A stretch of DNA of 60,980 bases from the NCBI GenBank assembly GCA_022564935.1, contig JADFKM010000004.1, forward strand, positions 1 to 60,980, in the 5' to 3' direction. Made by a program: the position numbers and the translations under genes. The notes below the pieces were generated by a model. The model was not told the DNA's origin. It ran no database searches and saw nothing but the letters and a program-made list of their open reading frames with translations. This stretch comes from Candidatus Dadabacteria bacterium (GTDB lineage Bacteria > Desulfobacterota_D > UBA1144 > Nemesobacterales > JADFKM01). Positions 37,342 through 47,821 of this stretch are shown here, piece by piece. Every line of letters starts with the position of its first letter. Within the stretch, counting starts at the first letter, position 1.

Positions 37342-38268
37342 ATGAACTGGCTTCCTGAAGCGGCTTCAAGCATAGCGGGCAGAGTGGACAACGTTATATG
37401 GTTTGTAACCATTATTTCTCTGGTCTTTTTTGTGTTCATTACAGCGCTGCTGGTTGTCTTTGCCATAAAGTACCGGAGGAGGAGCGAAGACGACGAGACT
37501 CCGTACCAGGTCAGTCACCACACCCTGGAAGTGGTTTGGACGATAATCCCTTCCATCCTGGTAATGGTTATATTCGTTTACGGCTTTGTAGTGTTTGAGG
37601 ATTTAAGGACGCCCCCCAAGGATGCGATGGAGATCAACGTGACGGGAAAGCAGTGGCTGTGGCAGTTCCATTACGATAACGGCAAATCCACGATCAACGA
37701 GCTGTTCGTGCCGGAGGGAAGGCCCGTTAAGCTTGTCATGACCTCCGATGATGTGCTGCACAGCTTCTTTGTGCCGGAGTTCAGGGTGAAGCAGGACCTG
37801 GTTCCCGGCATGTATACATACCTGTGGTTCAAGGCGATAAAGAAGGGGGAGTTTAACATTTTCTGCGCCGAATATTGCGGCACTAACCACTCGGGCATGC
37901 TGGGCAAGGTCAAGGTGTTGAGCCCCGCTGATTTCGAGAAGTGGAAGACGAGCAAAGAGGAACTTATCGCAGGAGCAAACCTCGTGGAAGCAGGAGCGGA
38001 GCTGTACACAAAACGGGCCTGCATCGGATGTCACAGCATCGACGGCTCACCTATGGTGGGCCCTACGTTTAAGGGCATTTTCGGGAGGCAGGAAACCCTT
38101 GCCGACGGGCAGGAGATTACCGTGGACGAGAACTACTTGAGGAAGTCGATATACGAGCCCCAAGCTCAGGTTGTCAAGGGCTATCAGCCCATAATGCCCT
38201 CCTTTAAGGGTATCATAAGTGACAATGAGGTCTCGGCCCTTATCGCTTATATGAAATCATTGAAATAA
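37342..38268 (+). CDS. coxB: Cytochrome c oxidase subunit II with fused cytochrome c (caa3)
   Basis: DVLHSF, CAEYCGTNHSGM CuA site, CIGCH heme c, MP. Confidence 0.96.
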   Translation: MNWLPEAASSIAGRVDNVIWFVTIISLVFFVFITALLVVFAIKYRRRSEDDETPYQVSHHTLEVVWTIIPSILVMVIFVYGFVVFEDLRTPPKDAMEINVTGKQWLWQFHYDNGKSTINELFVPEGRPVKLVMTSDDVLHSFFVPEFRVKQDLVPGMYTYLWFKAIKKGEFNIFCAEYCGTNHSGMLGKVKVLSPADFEKWKTSKEELIAGANLVEAGAELYTKRACIGCHSIDGSPMVGPTFKGIFGRQETLADGQEITVDENYLRKSIYEPQAQVVKGYQPIMPSFKGIISDNEVSALIAYMKSLK

Positions 38269-38415
38269 ATTGTGAAGAATGCGAAATTGCCCCCGGAGGG
38301 TCGTTGTAATGCATAATGGCGAAATTGTAGGATATGGAACAAGTGAAGACAGATTCGATATTACACACAATTGCAACCCTGAATCAGTTTAACAGGACTC
38401 GGGAGGAGGTTATTT

Positions 38416-40017
38416 ATGGCTGACGGGACAATGGTAGAGGCCGTGAGGCCGACGTATCTTGATCGAAAGGGGTTCCTTTCCTGGGCCCTTACCCTCGACC
38501 ATAAGAGACTCGGGATTATGTATCTCGTTACCATAATGGTGTTCTTCTTGTTTGCCGGAATCATGGGCATGCTCGTAAGGCTCGAGCTGCTTACACCGGG
38601 CAAAACGGTCATGGGCCCCGACACCTACAATCAGATCTTTACGATTCACGGAGCCGTGATGATTTTCATCGTCATCGTTCCCGGCATATCGGCGACGTTC
38701 GGCAATTTCCTTATACCCCTTATGATTGGCGCCAGGGACGTCATTTTCCCCCGCTTGAACCTGTTTAGCTACTGGATATATGTGGGGGGCGCCCTTATAG
38801 CGCTCGTGTCCCTCCTTCACCCCATAGATACCGGGTGGACCTTTTACACACCCTACAGCATCAGGACGGGCACTTCGGTAATACCCATTACGTTCGGCGT
38901 ATTCGTTATGGGGTTTTCTTCGATACTTACTGGACTGAACTTTATAGTTACCATTCATAAACTGAGGGCTCCGGGTATGAACTGGCACAGGATGCCGCTT
39001 TTTATCTGGGCCGCCTATTCCACTGCTGTAATTCAAGTTCTTGCCACCCCGGTAATAGCCATTACCCTCCTGCTTCTTATCGCAGAGAGGGTCTTTGGGA
39101 TCGGGTTCTTCGACCCCGCAAAGGGGGGCGACCCTATACTGTTCCAGCATTTCTTCTGGTTCTATTCCCACCCTGTCGTTTACATTATGATACTCCCGGC
39201 GTTTGGTGTCATATCGGAGATAATCCCGGTGTTTTCCAGGAAGCCCATATTCGGATACAAGGCCATCGCTTACTCAAGCATTGCGATTGCTCTAATAGGC
39301 TTTCTGGTCTGGGGTCACCACCTGTTCGTAAGCGGCATGGCCGGGTGGGTGGCAAAGGTATTCTCGTTCCTAACCTTTCTCGTTGCCATTCCCACCGCTA
39401 TTAAAGTCTGGAACTGGCTCGCTACCATGTACAGGGGCTCTATCGACCTTAAAACCCCTATGCTTTACGCCTTGGGATTCTTGTTTCTCTTCACAATAGC
39501 CGGTCTTACGGGACTTTTTCTTGGGACTCTGGCCATAAACGTTCATCTGCATGACACCTATTTCGTGGTGGCTCACTTTCACTACACCATGATGGGCGGC
39601 ACTATAATGATGCTGTTCGCCGCCATGCACTTCTGGTTCCCCAAGATGATAGGGAAGATGTACGGCGAGGCAGTGGCTAAGATTGCTTTTGCCCTGATTT
39701 TCATCGGGTTCAATCTCACGTTCATCCCTCAGTTTATCATGGGTATGGAGGGAATGCCGAGGAGGTACTATGATTATCTGCCCCAGTATCATTACCAGCA
39801 CGTTTTATCCTCTATCGGGGCCCTGGTACTCGGGGTCGGCATATTGGTTATGTTGATTAACCTTATCTACTGTATTTTCAAGGGGGAGAAGGCTCCTTCA
39901 AACCCCTTCGGCTCAAAGTCTTGGGAATGGCAGACCACTTCTCCGCCGCCTACAGAGAATTTTGAAGAAATACCGCAAGTAACAGACTGGACCTATGGTT
40001 ACGGGAAAAAGAATTAA
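38416..40017 (+). CDS. coxA: Cytochrome c oxidase subunit I, A2 type
   Basis: [12 protein letters not shown] (YS motif), [20 protein letters not shown]. Confidence 0.97.
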   Translation: MADGTMVEAVRPTYLDRKGFLSWALTLDHKRLGIMYLVTIMVFFLFAGIMGMLVRLELLTPGKTVMGPDTYNQIFTIHGAVMIFIVIVPGISATFGNFLIPLMIGARDVIFPRLNLFSYWIYVGGALIALVSLLHPIDTGWTFYTPYSIRTGTSVIPITFGVFVMGFSSILTGLNFIVTIHKLRAPGMNWHRMPLFIWAAYSTAVIQVLATPVIAITLLLLIAERVFGIGFFDPAKGGDPILFQHFFWFYSHPVVYIMILPAFGVISEIIPVFSRKPIFGYKAIAYSSIAIALIGFLVWGHHLFVSGMAGWVAKVFSFLTFLVAIPTAIKVWNWLATMYRGSIDLKTPMLYALGFLFLFTIAGLTGLFLGTLAINVHLHDTYFVVAHFHYTMMGGTIMMLFAAMHFWFPKMIGKMYGEAVAKIAFALIFIGFNLTFIPQFIMGMEGMPRRYYDYLPQYHYQHVLSSIGALVLGVGILVMLINLIYCIFKGEKAPSNPFGSKSWEWQTTSPPPTENFEEIPQVTDWTYGYGKKN

Positions 40018-40035
40018 TAGGAGGATGCGTTTACA

Positions 40036-40647
40036 ATGGCAGCCACAAGTGTAGAGCACTTGCACTCTGACGGACATTTCGTAACGCCCCAGGATAAATA
40101 CAGCTCTATGAAACTGGGGATGTGGCTTTTCATCGCCACTGAGATATTGCTCTTCGGGGGACTGTTCGCCGTCTACGCTATATACAGGGCGAAGTTCCCG
40201 GAGATGTTTTTTAACGGGCGCGACGAGCTGAGCCTGCTTCTGGGCACTACGAACACCGTTATCCTCATCGTTAGCAGTTTCTCAATAGCCATGGGTGTGA
40301 CGGCCATACAGCGCGGCAAGAAGAACCTCCTGACCTTTTTGATTATTGTGACTCTACTTTGCGGTGCGCTGTTCGGTGTCAACAAATACTTTGAATACAC
40401 CGCAAAGTTTCACCACGGCATTTTCCCTAGCACCGACATCTTCTTCGCCCTCTATTTCATGATGACCTCACTCCATATGCTGCACGTAATAGTGGGTATG
40501 GCCATTCTGTTTATAATAATGATATTCAACATGAAGGGTAAGTATTCCCCTAGCAACTATACCGCGCCGGAAGTGGGAGCATTGTACTGGCACCTGGTTG
40601 ATGTCATATGGATTTATCTTTTCGGGCTTCTATATCTGGTGGCTTAA
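40036..40647 (+). CDS. coxC: Cytochrome c oxidase subunit III
   Basis: GMWLFIATE, LHMLHV, LYWHLVDVIW. Confidence 0.95.
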   Translation: MAATSVEHLHSDGHFVTPQDKYSSMKLGMWLFIATEILLFGGLFAVYAIYRAKFPEMFFNGRDELSLLLGTTNTVILIVSSFSIAMGVTAIQRGKKNLLTFLIIVTLLCGALFGVNKYFEYTAKFHHGIFPSTDIFFALYFMMTSLHMLHVIVGMAILFIIMIFNMKGKYSPSNYTAPEVGALYWHLVDVIWIYLFGLLYLVA

Positions 40648-40670
40648 CAACTAAAACGGGAGAGAGAGAA

Positions 40671-40994
40671 ATGTCTACAGAAACACACGAACTCGGCGGT
40701 CATATAGTTCCATACAAAGACCTTGTTCTAGTTGTTACAGCGCTCGTGATTTTGACAGGAATTACGGTTTTTGTCTCCACGTTAGATTTCGGTTATGCAG
40801 CGCTGAACATTTTCATAGCCATGGCAATAGCCTCGGTTAAGGCTTGTTTGGTGTCTCTGTGGTTTATGCACCTCAAATTTGAGGACGTAATTACGTGGAT
40901 ATTCATCATATTCTCATTGGTCCTGCTGTGTCTGCTGATAGGGTTCAGCCTCAGCGACGAATTCTTGAGAATAACCCCGAAGGTTAATTTCTGA
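40671..40994 (+). CDS. coxD: Cytochrome c oxidase subunit IV
   Basis: Three TMs, KACLV...FMHLK. Confidence 0.88.
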   Translation: MSTETHELGGHIVPYKDLVLVVTALVILTGITVFVSTLDFGYAALNIFIAMAIASVKACLVSLWFMHLKFEDVITWIFIIFSLVLLCLLIGFSLSDEFLRITPKVNF

Positions 40995-41016
40995 GCTCCC
41001 CAGGCTCCCCAAAGCA

Positions 41017-41874
41017 ATGCTTGGAAAACTGACCGTATTCCTTCTATTCCTTCTCCTTGTTTGGGGCAATGTGGTGTCGGGCCTCGGAGCAGGGCTTGCA
41101 TGTCCCGACTGGCCCCTTTGCTACGGGCAATACATCCCGCCCCTGAAATGGGACATCATTCTTGAGAAGGGTCACCGTGTGGTCGCAGCCCTTACGGGAG
41201 GGGTGTTAATAGGGCTGTGTGTGCAGAGATTATTGAGGTACAGGGGATGGAGTAGGGTCTTACCCTTGACTGCAGTGTTTTTTCTGGCGATACAGATTTT
41301 ACTCGGACGCGAAGTAGTGCTGCTTAAGCTGCCGGTAAACATCACCACCCTGCATTTCGGCATGGCCATCGCAATATTATCGTTGGCCCTCTACATGGCC
41401 TTTCATGACGGAGCTGAGAACAGACCTCGCTTTTCCCTTCGCGGAATCTCGGGGGTGCTTTTTGTCTTATGTTTCCTCGTCCTGGTACAGTCTGTTTTCG
41501 GTGCGTACGTAAGGCATTCGGGCTCGGGGCTTGGTTGCGGAGTGGATTTTCCAAGGTGCCTGGGGTTCTGGATCCCCCCCCATATCTCGGGCTCTGTAAT
41601 GATACATCTTACACACCGTTTGATCGCATACGCTGTCCTTTTAACTGTAATAGCGCTCACCGTTTCGGCATTAATCACCAACAACCTCGGCCGCATCAAA
41701 AATACTCTTTTTGCCGTTCTCGCACTTTTGCTCATACAAGTGGCCGTTGGGGCGGGTGTGGTGTACACAGAACTGCACGTAATGGGCACGGCCTTTCATC
41801 TTCTCATCGCCTTATTAATACTTTCGGCCGTCGCTTACGCATGGTTTAATAATATGAAGGAGACGGGTGTATAA
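41017..41874 (+). CDS. ctaA: Heme A synthase (CtaA/COX15)
   Basis: GLACPDWPLC, EKGHR, conserved His residues. Confidence 0.9.
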   Translation: MLGKLTVFLLFLLLVWGNVVSGLGAGLACPDWPLCYGQYIPPLKWDIILEKGHRVVAALTGGVLIGLCVQRLLRYRGWSRVLPLTAVFFLAIQILLGREVVLLKLPVNITTLHFGMAIAILSLALYMAFHDGAENRPRFSLRGISGVLFVLCFLVLVQSVFGAYVRHSGSGLGCGVDFPRCLGFWIPPHISGSVMIHLTHRLIAYAVLLTVIALTVSALITNNLGRIKNTLFAVLALLLIQVAVGAGVVYTELHVMGTAFHLLIALLILSAVAYAWFNNMKETGV

Positions 41875-41877
41875 TCT

Positions 41878-42816
41878 GTGGCTGAGCTCGACGAGGAGGG
41901 CGTTATAGTGGATACAAGGGTAGGGGCACTCGACAGGACTCCTTTTGTTTTTATCCGGTCGCTTGTATTGCTTGCCAAGCCCGGGATTGCCCTTAGCGTG
42001 TCGTTAACCGGTATTGCGGGCATGGTGCTTGCCGAGAGGGGCTTTCCTAGGGCGGAGCTCGTAATTCTCGGCATAGGGGCGCTGCTTCTGAGCGCTGCCG
42101 GCTCTTCGATATTGAACAACATCCTTGACAAGCGTATAGACATCCTCATGAAGAGGCTTAAGGGGAGGGTCGAGGCTCTGAAGCTGGTCGGCGAGGGGAC
42201 TGCCCTTGCCTTCGCCGCCGGTATGATCGCGATTTCCCTTTTTATTTCCGTTTATTTTTTTAATGTTTTGTTCACTGCCCTGATAGTGACGGCGATACTG
42301 AGCTACATACTGCTCTACACGCTTTATTTGAAACGTTCCTCTCCTTACGGGACCATACTCGGAGGCATTCCCGGAGCGCTTCCCTGTCTCGTGGGCTTTT
42401 CTGCAATCGAGCCGAAACTGGGTATAAGCGCCTGGATACTCTTTATCATAATGATGCTGTGGCAGCCTCCACATTTTTGGGCGCTTGCTCAGGTGTACAA
42501 GAGCGATTACGGCAAAGCCGGCATACCCGTGCTGCCGGTTGCGTTCGGCACGAGGTATGCGAATATGCTCATGCTGATTTATTCTATCTCTCTTGTGCCC
42601 CTGTCTCTCTCGCTTTGGCTGTTCGGGTATTGCTCTGTGTATTATGCCGTAGCGGCGCTGTTAGTCGGCCTGTACTTTGAGTACGCAATGATACGCAGCG
42701 TGAGGAGGGACGCAGAGTACGGTAAGGCGTTCGGCGCCTCGATCTTCTACATACTGGCAATCATGATTACTATAATAATAGACGTGTCTCTAAACCCGGT
42801 TCTGATAGTTAAGTAA
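41878..42816 (+). CDS. ctaB: Protoheme IX farnesyltransferase
   Basis: KP, NNILDKRID, YTLYLKR, GGIPGA, WQPPHFWAL. Confidence 0.95.
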   Translation: MAELDEEGVIVDTRVGALDRTPFVFIRSLVLLAKPGIALSVSLTGIAGMVLAERGFPRAELVILGIGALLLSAAGSSILNNILDKRIDILMKRLKGRVEALKLVGEGTALAFAAGMIAISLFISVYFFNVLFTALIVTAILSYILLYTLYLKRSSPYGTILGGIPGALPCLVGFSAIEPKLGISAWILFIIMMLWQPPHFWALAQVYKSDYGKAGIPVLPVAFGTRYANMLMLIYSISLVPLSLSLWLFGYCSVYYAVAALLVGLYFEYAMIRSVRRDAEYGKAFGASIFYILAIMITIIIDVSLNPVLIVK

Positions 42817-42917
42817 GTGTTCACGGCCCGGGAGCCGGGGAAAATCCAAGCGGGGTTTTAGTGAGGAGCTTAACGGATGTGGTTGGGGAATGGCATTTTT
42901 TTTGAGGCCAAGCCTTA

Positions 42918-43091
42918 TTAAATGTCTTCATCATCATCGTCATCGTCCCAGTCTTCTTCGTCTTCATCGTCAACGGAAAATTCATCGTCGTCCTCGTCCC
43001 AGGTCTCGTCATCGTCGTCGTCGTCTTCTTCCGGCTCGGAATCGTCACCGTTCCACTGCTCTTTTTTCAGTTTCAATGCCTCATTTTCCAT
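42918..43091 (-). CDS. Hyper-acidic 57-aa protein (below ORF-track cutoff)
   Basis: AGGAG RBS, TTGACT-N16-TAATTT promoter; MENEALKLKKEQWNGDDSEPEEDDDDDDETWDEDDDEFSVDDEDEEDWDDDDDDEDI. Confidence 0.8.
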   Translation of the reverse strand: MENEALKLKKEQWNGDDSEPEEDDDDDDETWDEDDDEFSVDDEDEEDWDDDDDDEDI

Positions 43092-43399
43092 TCAACTTCT
43101 CCTAGGGTTTGTATATCTCAAAATTACCTTTTGGCATAAAAAAGTCAAGGTGAAAAAGGGCCGTTCCGGAGCGGGCGGCGTATTGATTTGGCTCCTGGGT
43201 TCCGTAATCTATATAGGAGTGCTGGAGTGAGTCTGTTTTATCACAACATTTTATAGTGGCATTGAAGCTTTGAGGGTCAGTGTTTTTTTGAGAAATACAG
43301 ACTCGATGCCTGTTCGGCACTCGGTTTATATGCACGGAGATTATCTCATTTGGAAAGCTTGAAACAAAAGCTTTACTTACAGATCGTGTTGATGTGTTG

Positions 43400-43567
43400 A
43401 GTAATCCTTTTCGGCTCCTATAGGTTATATGCTGATAGAGGGCTGGGATTTTCTTGACTCCCTTTATATGACGGTAATAACCGTTACCACCGTTGGGTTT
43501 AAAGAGGTTCACGGGCTCTCCAGCGGCGGAATGGTTTTTACTATGGTGTTGATGGTGATAGGAGTGG
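43400..43567 (+). pseudogene. Potassium channel pore-region fragment
   Basis: GYMLIEGWDFLDSLYMTVITVTTVGFKEV with frameshifted TM1 upstream and truncation after VIGVG. Confidence 0.8.
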
Positions 43568-44227
43568 GTGAGCCTGCCTCCTACTGTGCTGCCGGTGGCT
43601 TTTCACATGGATGTGGCCGCGGCGCTAAAGCCGGTTTACTGGATCCCGATATTCGTATTCCTATATATCAGCCTGTTCGACAGCATGGGGTCTTTAACAG
43701 CAGTGTCCTATCGGGCGGGCCTTAACGTTGGGGACGACATACCGGCCCTCGACAGGATGTTCATAACCGACGCATCCGGCGCTGCTGCCGGGGCGGTGCT
43801 CGGTACTTCAACCGTGACTGCCTACATCGAGTCGGGAGCCGGCATTGCTTCCGGGGGACGCACGGGATGGACGGCGCTATTTACGGGGGTGCTGTTTCTG
43901 ATTGCGCCTGTGTTTGCCGGTGTGATAGCGGTTGTGCCCTCATACGCCACTGCTGTGGCCCTGGTTGTTGTGGGCCTCTATTTTGTGAAGCAGATTAGGG
44001 AGATAGATTTCTCAAACTTTGAAGAAGGGGTGCCGGCGTTCTTTACCATACTGCTGATGCCTCTTACATACAGCATAGCCACAGGGATATGCTTCGGCAT
44101 TCTATCCTACATATGCATACTCGTTATTTCAGGGAAGTGGAGGGAGCTTAAGCCCGTGCTTGTGTTAATCGGGCTGTTTTCGTTGATATACCTGGTGCTG
44201 AACACCCGTGTGCTAGGGAACTCTTAA
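43568..44227 (+). pseudogene. C-terminal half of an NCS2 (AzgA/PbuG-like) nucleobase permease; on + strand despite ORF-track label
   Basis: gtg agc ctg cct cct reads on +; GTSTVTAYIESGAGIASGGRTG, MPLTYSIATG. Confidence 0.85.
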
Positions 44228-44322
44228 CATGACTGCACAAGCTGGAGCGCCGGGGGCACCGATTGGAGAGGAGTGTCTTTTCAAACTCCGGGGTGTTTGG
44301 ACTGACATGAATGTTCAGGGCC

Positions 44323-44868
44323 TCAGTAGTTCTCGGCCAGGAATTCCGCTATCTCTTCGGCAACCGCCTCGTAGACCCCCTTCGTGAAGAACCCCTTTTT
44401 GAGAAACCCGAACGAGCTGAGCCCGCTTATCTCGCCCGAGGTTATTTCCCTGCCGGTGGACTTATCCAGGATGCTCAGCAGTATAGTCAGCTCGGCCTCG
44501 GCGAACTTGATGGCGCCTTTCTCAAACTTTATGTCTTTGCCCGATGTATAATCGGTGATCTCGCCGAACATGACCAGGGTGCTTTCATCGGTAGAAGCCT
44601 CCGTCTCTCCGTAGACCACTTCCCTAAAACCTATATTTCGTTCTTGTATTACCCTTGCTATTTCTTTCGGCAGTCTGAGCAGGGCCTCCTCCGGGACGTC
44701 TTCCATATCGGTTTCAAATTCGGGAATTTCCAAGGCCTTGTAGTTGCGAAGCCTAGAGTCCGGGGGGCTCATATACGAGGTGGTTTTGAGGCCGCCGCAT
44801 CCGGATACGAAAATAACCGATGTGATAAGGACAAGCTCAAGCAACGTTGAAGAAGCGAATCTGCTCAT
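44323..44868 (-). CDS. Lipoprotein (DUF4410-like)
   Basis: Lipobox VSGC after hydrophobic stretch; GEITDY motif; start set at ATG 44868. Confidence 0.7.
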   Translation of the reverse strand: MSRFASSTLLELVLITSVIFVSGCGGLKTTSYMSPPDSRLRNYKALEIPEFETDMEDVPEEALLRLPKEIARVIQERNIGFREVVYGETEASTDESTLVMFGEITDYTSGKDIKFEKGAIKFAEAELTILLSILDKSTGREITSGEISGLSSFGFLKKGFFTKGVYEAVAEEIAEFLAENY

Positions 44869-45084
44869 GGGTATCTTCTCCTCAGGGCGTTTTAAGGAAT
44901 CTAATATAACTGAAAATGACGTGAAAATAACGTTTTCACGAACACCCGAAAAAATGCGGGTTAATAATAGTATAGAATGAGACATTTTTCCACAGTAATG
45001 AGCTATCCGGCTCCGTTATTCCTATTAGTCGTAATTATGCACGGGAAGCGTCAAGTGTAAGGAATACGGATGGAAACGGTATAG

Positions 45085-45249
45085 TTGTGTCGGTTAAATG
45101 TGACAATATTTGTTCCGGGGTACCGGGGATTCTGACAAATTTTGTCACCGGTATCCGATGTCCGAAATTTGAGTAATCGACAATATCCCGTGATTTCAGT
45201 ATGTTAGGCATTGATGAGCAGGGCGATTGCAAATGGCATGTATCTTGTA
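45085..45249 (+). promoter_or_regulatory. Sigma-54-like pilin promoter with upstream activator sites
   Basis: TGGCATGTATCTTGTA (45234-45249; GT instead of GC at -12); palindrome TGACAAATTTTGTCA (45133-45147) and related half-sites. Confidence 0.55.
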
Positions 45250-45289
45250 TAACTTAACTGTAACAATTTTTTATCTTAGGAGGTGCTAA

Positions 45290-45856
45290 ATGCACAAATT
45301 AGCCAGTTTAAGGGGTGAAAAAGGTTTTACCCTTATCGAGCTTTTGGTCGTCGCGGCCATTATCGGTATTCTCCTCGCTATCGCTATTCCTAATCTTCTC
45401 AAAGCCAGGATGTCTGCGAACGAGGCGAGTGCGAAAAAAGCTCTCCAGACCCTTAGGGACGCTGAGGGCCAGTACTTTGAGATGGACCTTGACAATAACG
45501 GCACAAGGGACTATACGAACGATATCATGGTGCTTCGAGACCCTGAGGGGACGGGCGACGAGGTGGACGCTCTTATTGATTCTTCATTTCTAAGGGCCAT
45601 GGCCACCGGAGGGGGCACGGCCGATTGTCCCGGGCCTAAGGCCGGGTACTGCATACAGTTCGACCCCGCTGTTACACCTGTAGGCGGTTTTTATTACGAT
45701 TTCGGCTGGCAGGCTTCCATGTCCCTATCGCGCCTGAACGGCAGAAGGGATTATTCGGTTTACGCAGACGGCGCTATAAGGTGTACCTTCACCTCGGCTC
45801 CGACGAGGGAGTCCGGGAGTTTTGAATCTACGCGTACAGACGGCGTTTGTGATTAA
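45290..45856 (+). CDS. Type IV pilin
   Basis: KG/FTLIELL class III signal, AIAIP, four C-terminal Cys; AGGAGG RBS. Confidence 0.92.
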   Translation: MHKLASLRGEKGFTLIELLVVAAIIGILLAIAIPNLLKARMSANEASAKKALQTLRDAEGQYFEMDLDNNGTRDYTNDIMVLRDPEGTGDEVDALIDSSFLRAMATGGGTADCPGPKAGYCIQFDPAVTPVGGFYYDFGWQASMSLSRLNGRRDYSVYADGAIRCTFTSAPTRESGSFESTRTDGVCD

Positions 45857-46095
45857 TTGTCGGCGGAGTTGTTTCCCGACTTCTTTTTTTAATTTATAGA
45901 GCGGCCCTTCAGAGTTCTAAATGAAAATTCACCTTACCCGCATTTTTAGTGCATGATCCCCAACTCTTTTTCTCATATTCGCGAGCTAATGCAAAGCCTG
46001 AGCCTCAACGGGCTGATATACAATGGTTATTAAGTGCACCTGACGCGCCTCGGATTAAATTCGCATACAATTCAGGTAAAATTTAATGAAATTCT

Positions 46096-47013
46096 ATGAT
46101 GCTCAAAGTAAGGAATCTGATTAAGGACTACAAGACCGGCTTTTTCCGCAAGAAGGTTCGGGTTCTGCACGACGTTTCGTTTTCCGTCAACGAGGGGGAG
46201 ATTTACGGCTTTGTCGGCCCCAACGGGGCGGGAAAAACAACCACCTTCAAAGCTGTTCTCGGTTTTTGCTCCATAACGGGCGGCTCTATTGAGATTATGG
46301 GCAAGCCCCTGGGTGATGCGGAGCTCCGACGCCACATAGGGTACCTTCCTGAAAACCCGTACTTCTACGATTACCTGACCGGAGAGGAGCTTCTACGCTA
46401 TATGGGTGGGCTTCACGGCATCTCCGGCGGGCAGCTGCAAAAAAGGGTTGAGGGGCTGCTTGAGAAAGTCGGTATGTCGAAGGACAGAAGGGTTCAGCTG
46501 CGAAATTACTCGAAGGGCATGCTCCAGAGAATAGGACTGGCTCAGGCTCTTATAAACGACGGGGATTTCCTGATCCTCGATGAGCCGATGTCGGGTCTCG
46601 ACCCCATCGGGCAGAGGGAGATAAATGACCTCATTCTCGAGCAGAAGAGGGAGGGGAAGACCATCTTGCTCAGCTCCCACATCCTGTACAACGTGGAGGC
46701 GCTGTGCGACCGCGTGGGTGTGATTATAAAAGGCAGGGTGGTTAAGGAGGGAGAGCTGGGAGAGCTTCTTAAGGAGATTCAGACCGATTACGAGTTACTG
46801 TTGGATGGCGTGGACGAATCGATAAGGGAAAGGCTTGACGGTTTGGACATAACCCTTGAGAATAAAGCCGGAATGGTGGCGCTGCGGTTCAACGAGGATA
46901 TCAAGCCTGCGGTTCTTCAGAGGGTGATGGAGCTCAAGGCGGATATAGTATCCCTGCAGCCCCGGCGGAAGTCCCTCGAGGAGCTGTTCGTCGAGGAGAC
47001 CATGAAGTCTTGA
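46096..47013 (+). CDS. ABC transporter ATP-binding protein (PilH-like)
   Basis: GPNGAGKTT, YSKGM, ILDEPMSGLDP, SSH. Confidence 0.93.
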   Translation: MMLKVRNLIKDYKTGFFRKKVRVLHDVSFSVNEGEIYGFVGPNGAGKTTTFKAVLGFCSITGGSIEIMGKPLGDAELRRHIGYLPENPYFYDYLTGEELLRYMGGLHGISGGQLQKRVEGLLEKVGMSKDRRVQLRNYSKGMLQRIGLAQALINDGDFLILDEPMSGLDPIGQREINDLILEQKREGKTILLSSHILYNVEALCDRVGVIIKGRVVKEGELGELLKEIQTDYELLLDGVDESIRERLDGLDITLENKAGMVALRFNEDIKPAVLQRVMELKADIVSLQPRRKSLEELFVEETMKS

Positions 47014-47816
47014 TGTACAGAGTTTGGAGCGTTGCTCACAACACGTTTATCGAGGCCATAAGGGACAGGGTGCTTTACAGCATGTTTCTGTTCGCCGCTT
47101 TAATGATCCTCAGCACCCTTGTTTTCGCAAGCATCTCCGCCGACCAGTATAACAAAATAGTCAAAGACCTCGGGCTCACCGCGATCTCGGTAATAGGTAT
47201 TATGATCTCGGTTTTCCTGGGAATGGGTCTTGTTTACAAAGAGATAGAGAAAAAGACCGTCTACAATATCTTTTCAAAACCCATACGCAGGTACGAGTTC
47301 ATCCTGGGGAAGTACTTAGGGCTGGGCTCTACCCTGCTGCTGCTCACCATAGGGATGAGTGTTATCTTGCTGCTCGTTGTGCTCTACACGGAAATTACCC
47401 ACGGAGGTATGATAGAGTTCTACTACGGAGGGCATTATTACGCCCAGTTCTTTAAAGCAGTTTATTTTCAGTATCTTGAATTTCTCGTCCTGATAGCCAT
47501 AGCTCTAGTTTTCTCGAGCTTTACGACTCCCATAATGAGCGTGCTTTTTACTTTTTTGACCCTGGCTATGGGCAAATTTTCTTCGGACATCAAACTGTTT
47601 GCGCAGGAGGTTGAAAGCCCCCTTGTAGGATATGTGACCGACTTCATATACGTCGTCATTCCTCATCTCGATTCCTTCAACGTAAGGCATGAAGCCGTCT
47701 ACGGGGGGGAGATTAACTGGAAGCTTATATTCTACACAACCGGTTACGCCGTTCTCTATACTCTGGCCCTTCTGAAGCTCTCGATCGTTATCTTCAATAG
47801 AAGAGAGTTCAAGTAA
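47010..47816 (+). CDS. ABC transporter permease (PilI-like)
   Basis: NTFIEAIRDR, KEIEKKT...SKPI.R..FILGKY, multiple TMs. Confidence 0.88.
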   Translation: MMYRVWSVAHNTFIEAIRDRVLYSMFLFAALMILSTLVFASISADQYNKIVKDLGLTAISVIGIMISVFLGMGLVYKEIEKKTVYNIFSKPIRRYEFILGKYLGLGSTLLLLTIGMSVILLLVVLYTEITHGGMIEFYYGGHYYAQFFKAVYFQYLEFLVLIAIALVFSSFTTPIMSVLFTFLTLAMGKFSSDIKLFAQEVESPLVGYVTDFIYVVIPHLDSFNVRHEAVYGGEINWKLIFYTTGYAVLYTLALLKLSIVIFNRREFK

Positions 47817-47821
47817 AACAG

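Noticed and set aside
42922-43230. Poly-Ser ORF on + strand
   Set aside because: Shadow of the acidic minus-strand gene, which has the RBS and promoter.
43245-43262. Third, internally deleted copy of the dispersed repeat (AACATTTTATAGTGGCAT)
   Set aside because: Two short matches could be chance in AT-rich DNA.
45326-45480. Electrically conductive (e-pili) pilin
   Set aside because: Long pilin lacking aromatic residues at mature positions 24 and 27.
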